This document shows positions 51,331-64,000 of a stretch of DNA of 64,000 nt, piece after piece. The stretch comes from Octopus bimaculoides. Its lineage: Eukaryota. The notes below the pieces were generated by a model. It was not told the DNA's origin. It made no database searches and was given only the letters and a program-made list of their open reading frames with translations. The stretch lies in the NCBI RefSeq assembly GCF_001194135.2, contig NC_068982.1, positions 98,780,410-98,844,409 of the forward strand. Reading direction: 5' to 3'. Made by a program: the position numbers and the translations under genes. Positions within the stretch are counted from its first letter, which is position 1; every line of letters starts with the position of its first letter.

Positions 51331-54300
51331 ACATCATAGATACAATACCATGAGCATTATATTACAATTTAATTTCAATTGGAGTCAGAAACAGCTATGG
51401 AGTTACTCGGAATAGATACAATTTTACTGACTAAACTCAGTAATTGCTTGCAAATCTAACTCCACAGCTCCAGTCAGAACTCATAACATTATACCATGGC
51501 TAAAGCAACAAAGAAATGAGATATAAGAGCAGATGCTGAATTGCAGACTTAATCCATGACAGCATCAACAATGACGATGATGAGGAGCAAGCATATAAAC
51601 TGGCAACTGTATAATTTAGAAAATATTTCAAATTGTCTAAAAACATTTGACTATCATCATTTTGTGCCTGTTTTCCCATGCTGTCATGGTTGGACAGATC
51701 TTGTCATTTGTTGCACTTTGCATCAGTTTGCTCTTAACACAACAGAGAAAACTGACCAAATTTCTTGTTGTGTATGTCTTGCAATGTAGATTGGATGCAT
51801 TTTATCATACCACTAGCACTAGAAAGGTTGCCCCAAATAAGAGGACAAAGGAGGTTATCTCTATGCTTATATCACTTCTTATTCAGAATTATTACTTTCT
51901 AATAGTTTGTGATGTCAATGCTTTATTTGTACATTTCATTTTCAAATGTATAATATATAATTCTCTTAGGGTTTCGAAATTTCTTTATTTTTAGAGTGTA
52001 GAGCATATGTCTTTAACAATAAACGTACCAAATTGATTTGTCTTTCGTAGGTCATCAGACTGTTAACAAATTTGCCAAGCATATAAATGGTTAAAAGACC
52101 ACAGGTCTTGTCTTGCACAAGTTGTTACATAATTAAGAGACCAAATATCCCTGTGAACAAGGGGGGAAAGTTACCTATTCTACTAACATAGCAGTTCAAA
52201 CAATATCAAACACACAATTTTAACTAACCTCAACCTAGCATCACCAAGTTTATGGAGTCTGCTGCAGTCTTCCATTTCTGGAAGTATGTATAGTCTAAGT
52301 AATAGATCCAATTTTCTTCATTGTTGTACTGAAATGGCATAGCTGATGTGTTTACACCAAACAAATAGAGTCAATATTTATATTGAAACTCAAAATAGAA
52401 ACCTAAAAAGAAAACAGTTCTAATAAACATGGGATAATTTCTATAATATTCTCAACAGATATGACTTTGTTTATCTAATTACAAAAGAGGGACATTATCA
52501 AAATAAATGAAATGAAATAGTTCCAATTCAGAATTATAAACAAAAATTGAGGCCACACTACCATACAATACAAAAGATGTAAGTAATTCATATTTGTGAG
52601 TTAATTAATTGGGAAATCAATGTGTTATCAGGAGGGCAGGGATGGTTTATTGTATATGATCTGTCAATTGAATCTAATGACCCACCTCTGAGAATTGCTC
52701 CACTTGGTAAGGAGTGGGTTTGTGCTAGCAATAATATACAAAGTAGTAAATAGATCAGAGGTTACTTAAAACATTTCACAGAAACTCTTAACTAATTGCT
52801 AGGTCTATTCAAATAAGAATTTGAACTTGGTATAGCAAACATTTGAACAAACACTTGTTAGTTCTATATTGTTATCACTGCTTACAATAACGAATTTACC
52901 TTCTCTATCATAGCAACATTCAGCTAGAAAGATCAAGTCATCTCAAAGTGTTGGTGATATGGATACACTGTAATGATGATGACTCACAGGAACTCCTGAG
53001 AGATTTACTGGAAAGTCCACACCCTAAGAACTTTAAATAACTAATAATATAATAACAATCACTGATGAACTACATGAAATAGGAAACCTTCTCAAATAAA
53101 TGATCCTTAAATAAATCCAGGGCAACATCTCCTAAATAGTTCAAATAGTACAATTGTTAATAGAAAATTCAGTTCACCCCTACAGAGGTATACATATATA
53201 GAGTAGATTTCATTTATGTGTACAACTGTGCATATATAAAATTCAGATTCACAAAACAAATGAAAATAGAAAGTATGAAACTTTTAGTAAAATAGAGACA
53301 TAGATTCTAGTTTGTAATGAAACCTACATCATAGAAGATAATTGAGTTTAACATGCACACTAACAAGTATAAAAGAACAGCAACTATTATACTTCCATCA
53401 AGTTCACAATAGCTGTCTCTGCTCTGACAGTGATTACTATGTACGAGCATACAGAAACAACAGACTGCCACACTATACACTATGCAGCTAATCTCTACAT
53501 GCTTGGGGTGAACACCTTGCTCTGAATTAGGTGCATGCAGGTTTTACTTGAATCAGAGTTTCACCTGCTTACCAGCCATAGATATGTTCAATTCAGGTTC
53601 ACCTGGGATTATACAACAACAATCAAAAAGTTTAGTGATGACACATACACCAATATTTTAGAAGCCTTCCTTTAATATACTCACTGGAATAAAGCAAGTT
53701 ACAGATGACTGAGTTGAGAGTTACAGACAACCACGTTAATAAAATGTCAGACTTCCGTTTGATTAGTCAATATCGCTAGTATACGGTTCATATCCAAGGT
53801 ACTTACTATAACTCATTGCCGCTTAGTCTAAGTCGACCCCACCACTGTAAGCAGTAGAAATACTATCAAATTGACAAGTATTTTGTGAACTTGCCTTGGT
53901 GCATTCTTTTGAAAAGCAACCCAATGTAATCGTCATGTGATGTTAAAATCACCAGGATCAGAAGCAGATCAATCAATCCATGTCACTATCAACAACCAAA
54001 CAAATAGCCCACATAGTCTCTATCAAATACCAAAAAGGCAGAAACAAAAAAATAAAAATCTCAAACTAATGTTGGATTTTTAGTGGATTTTTAAAGTGGG
54101 GTATTACTACTTTTTTTAAAATAGGTCAAGCTAAGATCATACAAAAGTTGTGTAGTTGATTAGATTACATACATTTACTGCAACTTAAATAACATCTTAT
54201 AACCGATATTATACATTACTCACCAAGATTTTCATTAAAAATATTTACTACAAATAGATTTATATAAGCTTATGGACATCCAAAATGCAATACCTTCATA

Positions 54301-55155
54301 TCTCTTATATTGATGTTGTGTATGTCTATATAGAATATAAATAAATTATGTCATAAAGTAATTATAGTGGTCACTGAAATTGGACATGAACAGCTCTGCT
54401 AGAGTCACAAATCCTGTCACATGATGTCTTGTCAGCCACTTCATATTGGGACGGATTATTCAACTAATATCCAACATAGTAATATTGGATACCTCAGTAA
54501 TGATTCCATGAACTATGTTAAGAAGAAATGTTATATGCACTCCATAGTATAACCATTAACATGGTACCTAATGAGAAATAGCTATTTGGTTCAAGTCCTA
54601 TCATTGAGCCTGTTACTCTTGTCTGAAATTTAAGAATATATTTTACATTAAAATCTTATCAGTTGATTCATAATGATTGTGGTCATTTCATCTCCAGGGG
54701 AGTTTTCCAAATATTCTAATTATTGGAAGTTGTCTGTTTTCTACTAAAAGGTCACACACATACATATCATCATTATCCTTTTTAACATCTGTGAATGAGA
54801 TTTCTCTAACTGCATACTAGCAGGGGTGGGTTGAATACATTTAGACTCAGAATAACAGAGACACACTTTATTAGGAAGCAACCACCTAACCTGAACCATT
54901 GTAATGAGCTAGATGCATGAAACCATGTCTACCGCTTCTAGGATCTTTACTCATGAAAGAACGGAAAATATGAATTAAGAAGTCTAATGAAGAAACCTCA
55001 GTTTGAAAGCATTCACTAAATAAGCTACAGTGCCCAGCAACAAGACTCATTCCAGGTCACATATAGGATAAACTATTTTATCAACCTTCCAAATTATCTA
55101 TCTAACCTCCTATTAATTCCTCTACCTCCCTATCCATATACACATACACTGACAT

Positions 55156-55187
<32 letters not shown>

Positions 55188-55571
55188 TATATATAAAACA
55201 ATAAATGGCAAATCTATGTATTTGTGAATTTGTTACCTAAACTCCTCCGAGACTATCCAACAGACCTTGATGAAACTTGACACGTGTGTGGGGTTTATGC
55301 CCATGTGGTCACTTACTCATTTGGAATTTTTTTTAAAATCGATTTCTAATCAGCATCGATCTTTCAAAAATCATAAAATTTCGGCATTCTTTGCACTAGC
55401 CATAGTGACATCAATTTGATGAAAAATGCCGAAATTTAATGACAAATGTTTCATGGGTATAAACAGACAGTTTATTAACAGTAATCTATTTCGCATTTGC
55501 AAATTTTTCATTTCAATGTGAACTGTTTTGATTTACTAAAACTTATTATTTCAATTCGTTATTTTAATTCC

Positions 55572-56270
55572 NNNNNNNNNNNNNNNNNNNNNNNNNNNNN
55601 NNNNNNNNNNNNNNNNNNNNNNNNNNNNNNNNNNNNNNNNNNNNNNNNNNNNNNNNNNNNNNNNNNNNNNNNNNNNNNNNNNNNNNNNNNNNNNNNNNNN
55701 NNNNNNNNNNNNNNNNNNNNNNNNNNNNNNNNNNNNNNNNNNNNNNNNNNNNNNNNNNNNNNNNNNNNNNNNNNNNNNNNNNNNNNNNNNNNNNNNNNNN
55801 NNNNNNNNNNNNNNNNNNNNNNNNNNNNNNNNNNNNNNNNNNNNNNNNNNNNNNNNNNNNNNNNNNNNNNNNNNNNNNNNNNNNNNNNNNNNNNNNNNNN
55901 NNNNNNNNNNNNNNNNNNNNNNNNNNNNNNNNNNNNNNNNNNNNNNNNNNNNNNNNNNNNNNNNNNNNNNNNNNNNNNNNNNNNNNNNNNNNNNNNNNNN
56001 NNNNNNNNNNNNNNNNNNNNNNNNNNNNNNNNNNNNNNNNNNNNNNNNNNNNNNNNNNNNNNNNNNNNNNNNNNNNNNNNNNNNNNNNNNNNNNNNNNNN
56101 NNNNNNNNNNNNNNNNNNNNNNNNNNNNNNNNNNNNNNNNNNNNNNNNNNNNNNNNNNNNNNNNNNNNNNNNNNNNNNNNNNNNNNNNNNNNNNNNNNNN
56201 NNNNNNNNNNNNNNNNNNNNNNNNNNNNNNNNNNNNNNNNNNNNNNNNNNNNNNNNNNNNNNNNNNNNNT
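55572..56270. other. Assembly gap (N)
   Basis: 699 N. Other gaps: 9013-9080, 21832-22093, 27749-27848, 37177-37194. Confidence 0.99.
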
Positions 56271-56728
56271 ATATATATATATATATATATCAGTCTATCT
56301 GTCCATCCAGCTATCAACTCATTTATCTATTTGCCCTTCCATCTGCCTACCTATCTACTTTCACATTTTCATGACTACTTTTACACTACCTTTTTGAAAA
56401 TGCTTTTAAATTTTTAAATCTTTAAAACATTTATATTTATGAATCTTTAAAGCTTTGATATCCGAGATCTTTAAAAAAAAAAATTTATATCCACCAATCT
56501 ATGACAGAAAACTGTACTCTACTATTTCTATTGTAATCTATGTTTCACTCAACTTTATTTACTTTCATTCTCCCACTTCATTATATCTTATCCTGTTTCT
56601 TTTTATTTTATTTTATTCTAGTTCTTCTCCTCTTCCTCCCTACCTATCCTACTAATGGCGTTACCCTGTTATCTAACTAAATTCCAGTCCCACGTTGCTC
56701 CGATACAGCAACACATTAATTATATATA

Positions 56729-57953
56729 CAAGGAGGTACCCAAAAGTAACTGGAAATGTTCTCTGTGGGACAAGGTCATTGTAGTTCAGGCTTCACCGCT
56801 AGAAGCCACATGATATGTCTTTGTTTTGCAGTGCTTCTCCTGTGTTTGTCAATTTTTGTGATGGCTGAAACAAAGGAACAGCATGCTTCCATGAAATTCT
56901 GTTTTCTGCTGGGGAAAACAGCACCCGAAACAGTTGTCATCCTCCAAACAACTTACCAGGATGCTGCCAAAACAGTTGTCATGCTTCAAACAGCTTATAA
57001 GGGAGCTGCCATGAGCAAAATACAAGTTTATGAGTGGTTTTCACACTTTAGGAATGGTCATTTGTCACTTGAAGACCAACCTCGTTCAAGGCTACCATTG
57101 ACCTCCCAGACAAATGAAAACATCACAAAACTTCATGAACTGATCTTAGAGGACCATCACCAGATAATTGACTAAGTTGTTGATATGACTGGTGTGTCCT
57201 GGAGCTCCTGCCAACGAATTTTGAGTGATGAATTGCGAATGAAAAGAGTTGCAGCAAAATTTATGCCTCGCTGGCTCAAGGATGATCAAAAGCAGACACG
57301 GCTGAATGCATATTGTGAAGTGAAAGAACAGTTGGAACTTGATCTGGACTTTTATTCAAAGGTCATCACTGGTGACGGAAGGTGGTGCTACAATTATGAT
57401 CTGCAAATGAAGCGGCATTCAAGCCAATAGAAGCATTCAATGTCATCGTGCCCCAAAAAAGCATGTCAGGTGAAGTCCAATGTCAAGACAATGCTGATCT
57501 GTTTCATTAATGCAAAAGGAATTGTCTACACAAAACTTGTTCCTCCTGATCAAACTGTTAACCAGATATTTTACTAGGCAGTTCTGAAGCATTTGCGAGA
57601 TGTGGTGAGATGAAAACACTCCAACATGCATGTGGCACAGTTTTTGACTAAAAATGGCATGACCTCACTTACCCACCCAATCTTGCTCCCTGTGACATTT
57701 TTTGTTCCCCAAATGATAAAAGTCCTTAAATGAAAACGTTTTGCAGATGTGGAAGAGGTGAAGAAAAAACAACGGAGGCATTAAAAGGCATCACTTTCCA
57801 AGAGTTCCAGGACTGATTTGAACAGTGGAAAACACCTCCAGACCAATGCACTGTTTCAAATGGAGAATACTTTGAAGGCAGTAAAAGTTAAACGTAAAAT
57901 TATGTGAATAGAATAATATTGCAAAATTTCAGTTTATTTTGGGTATCCCCTTG
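56729..57953 (+). mobile_element. Full-length degenerate mariner (DD34D; irritans-like) with TA TSD
   Basis: TA|caaggaggtacccaaaa ... ttttgggtatccccttg|TA. ORF pieces EQHASMKFCFLLGKTA, VYEWFSHFRNG..LEDQPRS, MKRVAAKFMPRWL, FYSKVITGDGRWCYNYD, with stops. Confidence 0.9.
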
Positions 57954-58347
57954 TATATGTATATATATATATAGTCATATAATCCCTCTGCACTGAGTCC
58001 ACTCTGCAGAGTGGTTGGTGTTAGGAAGGGCATCCAGCCATTAAAACCCTGCCAAAACAGACACAGTAGCATAGGGTAGCTTTTCCACCTGGTCAACTCC
58101 TGTGAACTGTCCTACCCATGCATGCATGGATGATGAAGATGATGAATCATAAGCATGTACAGAAGACTTCTCACATACACACCTGTATATACACACACTC
58201 ACATGTGCACACACTGGTACACACACACAAATACTCCTATTTTTCTATCTAAAACTTTCTTTGGTTATCTAATATATCCTCCGTATATGTCCAATTGACT
58301 TTTGTTGTCTTTTCCTATCTTTTATTCATGGATTTGCCTATAATATA

Positions 58348-59303
58348 TTGGGTCATCCCATAAATAACATGGTTTTTTTCAGTTGCATGAACTAAAAAAA
58401 AGTCAGAGGGGGATAGGATAAACTACTTGCATCATTGCTATAAAAGCAGGTAGTAATTTTACCTTGTCCTTATTCTTAGTGCAAATTTTGAAAAGTGCAG
58501 TTCGATTTTAACAGTTATTTTTTCAAAGCTATAATGAAAGTGACAAAGGCGCATATTCGGCATATTTTGTTTTATGAATTCAATAAAGCAACAACACAAC
58601 GGGAAGTGTGAGGAATATTAATGCAGTATATGGGAATTGGTCAATAAGCGTAAGCTAGCGTCAATGGTGGTTCCAGAAATTCCAAGCCAGAAACTACAGC
58701 CTAGTGGGTAGGGAAAGGAAAAACACCAGCATCCCAGGCTAAAGAAGGTCTTCACCCACATATGGTGTTATTATCTGTTTGGTGGGATATGAAATGTTAA
58801 GTCCACTTTGAACTTTTAAACTCAAACCAAGCAATAACAAAGGAGATCTACTGCAAGCAGCTTGAGTGGCTTAAGTCAGCGCTAGCAGAAAAATGACCAT
58901 CTTTGGTTTCAAGACGAAAGGTGTTCTTTCTTCCATCAGAATAATGCTTGGCCATATACAGCAAGGATGACATTTCAAAGGCTGGAGCAGTTTGTAATGG
59001 GAAATGATGCCTCACCCACCATATTCGCCAGACATTGCCCCGTCCGATTATCATTTATTCCGCAGTCTTAATAATCATCTGGACAGAAAAAATATTAATT
59101 CTGTAGACAAGGCCAGAACAGTACTGGAGGAGAATTTTTTGTCCCGGACAAGTGAATTTTGGAAGAGAGGCCTTGCAAGTCTACCAGATAGATGGCAGAG
59201 CATTGTAGAAAATGAAGGAAAGCATATTTTAGATTAAAAAATAACTTTATCTTAATTTTGAAAAATAAAAGAAGTATAAAAAAACCGCATTATTTATGGG
59301 ATG

Positions 59304-59309
<6 letters not shown>
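58348..59309 (+). mobile_element. Internally deleted mariner of a different subfamily with TA TSD
   Basis: TA|ttgggtcatcccataaataa ... ttatttatgggatgacccta|TA. N-terminus MKVTKAHIRHILFYEF; C-terminus LSVWWD..PHPPYSPDIAPSDYHLFRSL..FWKRGLASLPDRWQSIVENEG. The middle of the ORF is missing near 58705. Confidence 0.9.
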
Positions 59310-59349
<40 letters not shown>

Positions 59350-62300
59350 TATATATAGTTCACAGATGAGATCCAGAGATTCTCCATATACAAGACACTT
59401 AGTAGTACTCAAAAGAGTCAAACTTAGACTCTGATGTCTTTACAGTGGATCAATTTCGCATTGTTAAGAAAGGCAATAAGAGAGATCAAGTTGAGATATA
59501 TATCTTATCTCTTATACATGTCAGTCATTGGACTGCTGCCATGCTGGTCCACCAACTTGGGGTTAGTTGAACACAATGACACCAGTACTTTTCTAAGTCT
59601 GGTACTTATTCTATCAGTCTATTTTGGCAAACCACTAAGCCATAAGGATGTAAACAAACCAACACTGGTTGTCAAGCTGTGATTGGGGGGGGGGGCACAA
59701 AGACACACATATATTTATGACATGCTCCCACAGTTTCCTTATACCACATTCACTCACAAGGTGCTAGTCAGCCTGGGGTTACAGTAAAAGACACAAAGTG
59801 TCACACAGTGAAACCACATAGTTACAAATTGAATTTCTCAATCACACAACTATGCTTGTACCCCATCATCATCATTTAACATCCTTGTTACACAGTAGCA
59901 CGGGTTGGATGGTTCGACAGGATTCAACTGGTCCAAGGAATGTATTGTACTCCAGAATCTGCTTTGGAACATGGTTTCTATGACTGAGTGCCCTTCCAAC
60001 ACCAATGTGTTACAATGTGTACTGGGTGCTGATTTTTCATGCTATTTGCACTAACAAGGTTGCCATGAAACTTGCAAGACTACAAACCCAGAGAGGGGAA
60101 ACATTATGCTAGGAGATGAGGGGAGGGGGGCTAAAGTATGATAGAAGGGACTAAACCAAAACAGATTCCTTGCTGTAGAGAGGCCGCATGAATACTCACA
60201 TTTTAGGAGAGGGTGAGGAATAATCAAAGTGGAGCAGGAAGTAGATAGAAACAATGGTAATGCAGTGTCTGTGTGGGCCCTTAAGGAACAAGGTGAGTAA
60301 AATTTAATAGGCACAGAAGAACCAGGAGTGTGGGTGGGTGGCAGTTGCAAGGCTATATGGGAGAATGAGAAATGGGGAATGGATGAAGTGGTGAATATGA
60401 GTGAAGAACAAGTGTTGAGTGGATAAGCAGGGGAGGTAGGAAAGAGTAGGTGACAATGGTAGAGACTAGACAGGATTGAGGGATGGATGTAATGAATAAT
60501 GCAAATGTTTCTGGGTGTCTCTTCATTTGCCATTTTCAGATCAGCAAGAAGTAAACCAATTCTACAAATTCTTTCCCAGCACATCAAAGCAAACAAGCTT
60601 ACTAGTACATATGTTATGATATATATTAGACATCACATATAATATATATATATATATATACATAATAATGAGCTTATTATATATATAGTACTCAGGTGCA
60701 CTACAACTTATCAGAAAAGACTAAAAGGGAGGACAGAAAGCAGATGTATATGTCAAATGAAGGAAGACACCAATGAAGGCTAGAAGTACATGCACAGTAT
60801 ACAGAATGAAACACAAAACTATAGATAAATGGACATTAAACCCATATATACCCCTGGTTGCCTTTTCACAATGCAAAACCTGCTCCTACTTGTTTGGACA
60901 TGAATTCGCCAGGAAGCATCTGACTGAGCAGATGAAATGTCCAGTAGGTAGTCAACACCTGTAGCTAACAGTTGCATACTGTCCTTCTCTTCCAGATTGT
61001 GAAAGCTTACCATAACTTTTAATCTAAATACACTAAAATTTTAAGACTTCATTTTTTTTTTTTATGGGAATATATGGGTTAAAATAATCATAAAGAGGAA
61101 AAGGTGCATAGGCATGTCAGGAATAGTGTTGGTGAATGTCAAAAAAAGCAGCCATTAAAAGATGATGATGACTGCTGCACTTTTTTTATTTTTGAGATTT
61201 TATAAGCATGTCCACATGTGACAGAGGTAGGAAATTAAAAAAACTGGCTAAAGTTATTGTTCAGAATGTTATTGTGGCATCATGACTAGCTTTTTTCAAT
61301 CATGTATAAAGGCTAGCCTTCAGCCCATATCATCATCATCATTTAATATCCACTTTTCCACACTTGCATGGGTTGGATGGAGTTTATTGAAGTAGATTTT
61401 CTATGGCCAGATACCTTGCTGTCATCAACCCTCACCTGTTTCCAAGTTAGGTAATATTTCACCATAACCTGACATGTTTTCATGGCAGATTGGAAATGAA
61501 TGACACTGCTTGTATTACAGTGACACTCATTTACAATTATCACAGGACATCAAGATGAAGAGAGACAAAAACACGCACACTATGAGCTTTTTTCAGTTTC
61601 CATCAACCAAATCTACACATAAGGCTTTGGGCAACCTAGGGTTATAGTAGATGACGCTTGGCAAAGTGTCACACAAAGGGACTGAACTCAGAACTATGCA
61701 GCTGCTAAGTTACAGGGACGTAAACACACCTGCATCGGTTGTCAAGCAATGCTTGGGAGGACAAAACACACACACAAACATATACATGTGTGTGTGCCAT
61801 CATCATCATCATCATTGTTTAACGTCTGCTTTCCATGCTAGCATGGGTTGGACGATTTGACTGAGGACTTGTGAAACCAGATGGCAACACCAGCCTCCAA
61901 TCTGATTTGCCAGTTTCTACAGCTGGATGCCCTTCCTAACGCCATATATATATATATATGACACGTCTTTCAGTTTCCATCTACCAAGTCCACTCAAGAG
62001 GCTTTGGTCAGCCCAAAGCTATAGCAGAAGACACTAGCTCAAGGTGCCATGCAGTGGGACTGAACCCAAAACCATGTGGTTGGTAAGCAAGCTACATACC
62101 ACACAGCCACTCCTGCACATACACACACACATCATCATCATCATCGTTTAACGTCCGCTTTCCATGCTAGCATGGGTTGGACAATTTGACTGAGGACTGA
62201 TGAAACTGGATAGCAACACCAGGCGCCAATCTGATTTGGCAGGGTTTCTACAGCTGGATGCCCTTCCTAACACACATATATATATATAATACATTAAAAG

Positions 62301-62868
62301 TCAGTTTCAATTTTGCTTGCTTGCAATGTTACCCAGGTAAACTGGCATATAATAGGAAAATACTATGAATTAAATTTACCTTAAAATGTTAATAGGAATG
62401 GAATGAAACAAGTTTCACGTAAATTGGAGCAGTAATTATTGAGATATTCAAGGTTTGGGGTATAAATACCCAAAACAGTACATAATGTGAAAATGTTTCG
62501 AATTTAACTTCATCCTAAAAGGGAAGAAATTAGACTGATTTGACAACAGAAAAACATGATTTGTTTTTTTACAGCAAATATATATACATACAACCTTCAA
62601 CAGAGCAACAGTCACATATACAACTTGAACATATACCTATATCAGTACATAAACATATGCTTACATATACATACACACAAATGCAGATACGTCTACACAC
62701 TTACATACGTAAATGCTCACATACATACATGCATGCATACATATATGTGTATATACATGCATACGCATGTACACATCTGCATGCATACATACACACATAC
62801 ATATATATATCATGAACTTCGTAACCTTGGGTTATTTTTTCGAGTGCATTCAGCGTTATCTCACCGCC

Positions 62869-62987
62869 AAAGATTTGGCTGCTATTTCTAGCAGGCCCCG
62901 CTACTACGTAACAGTTATTTGCGATAAAGGATCTGACATATCTGTTACATGGTAGCAGGGTGTGCAAGAAATAGCAGCCAAATCTTT
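62869..62987. repeat. About 120-bp hairpin built from a recurrent repeat motif
   Basis: aaagatttggctgctatttct pairs with agaaatagcagccaaatcttt; ctactacgtaacag pairs with ctgttacatggtag. Confidence 0.75.
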
Positions 62988-63139
62988 CTTTTTCTGGGGG
63001 GAAAGGAGCCGTTTACAGGTAATTTCAATGTCACATTCATTGAAAGCATGTGAAATAACCTGGAAAAGAAAAGACCCACAAAACAAAACTCTGTTGCTGG
63101 GAAACTGAGTTTCCCAGTGACCCAACAGGTCATGGGTAG

Positions 63140-63182
<43 letters not shown>

Positions 63183-64000
63183 CTGAGTTGTATTTTGCAA
63201 ACAACGTTAACAACATGAATCAGATACATTTACTGTAGTTCTTTAGGCTTCTGTAATCCATGGTGGCCAGATTTCTGCTACATCATTTAATGTCTGTTGT
63301 CCATGCTGGCATGGGTTGGACAGTTTGACTGGGCAGGCATGCTGGAAAGCTGTGCCAGGCTCCAGTCTGTACATTATACAAAGTATAGATACGATCATCA
63401 TCATCATCTTTTTAATATGCATTTTTCCATGCTTGCAAGGATCAGATGGAATTTGTTGAGACAGGATTTATATGGTTGGACACCCTTCCTGTCGCCAATT
63501 CTCACCTGTTTCCAAGCAAGATAACATTTCACAGTGTCTAGACAAGTTTCTCACAGAAGACTGGAAATGAATGACAATCACCTGTATGATGATGACGTTT
63601 CTCTACAACCACCATGTTTGCAAGTTCTTTCATTGCGTTGTCTCTGTATTTCCAGCTTCAAGTAAAATAAAGAGAACTGATGTTGTTGGCTTCTCACACC
63701 AATACCAGTGCCATGTAAAGTAGCTGGTGTTAGGAAGGGCATCCAGCTATAAAAACCATGCCATATCAGACAGTGAAGCCTGGTGCTGTCTCCTGCCTAC
63801 TCTCCAACCCATGCCAGCATGGAAAATGGACATTAAACAAGGATGATGATCATCATCATACTGACATTACTTCCACTTGTGAAGGGGCTTCCTATTTCTT
63901 TATAGTGATACATTAGTTCATTTTACATCTGTTTTTCAATGTTAGAATGGGTTTGGTGAATACACATTGCTGAGGCATTAACAGCCTGACACTCTTCTTG

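Noticed and set aside
60051-61013. ORFs 60051-60596 (181 aa) and 60819-61013
   Set aside because: Low-complexity or repeat-derived composition, no recognisable domain, and no consistent exon chain.

Overview
This is eukaryotic, AT-rich, CpG-depleted, repeat-dense DNA with five assembly gaps. The SINE and microsatellite landscape points to an octopus (cephalopod) genome; the species is inferred. The only host gene I can support is the 5' part of a minus-strand PDXDC1 (pyridoxal-dependent decarboxylase domain-containing 1) orthologue. I traced seven GT-AG exons by hand (42602-42526, 23703-23611, 9687-9532, 7293-7104, 5008-4940, 2883-2805, 1930-1846). They splice in phase into one 749-nt open frame that aligns by eye with vertebrate PDXDC1. 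The gene runs off the left edge and its start exon is not securely located. The rest is intron filled with at least four SINE families, degenerate Tc1/mariner (maT-like and mariner), hAT and piggyBac-like elements, RTE LINE and Ty3/Gypsy relics, foldback elements, and mini- and microsatellites. There is no prokaryotic system, CRISPR array, rRNA or genuine tRNA gene. The most interesting observations are a retained HVDG PLP-binding Asp, a possibly missing exon, and several long intronic dsRNA-forming structures near exons. Repeat boundaries are approximate unless a TSD or TIR is quoted. All homology calls are from recall, not from database searches.
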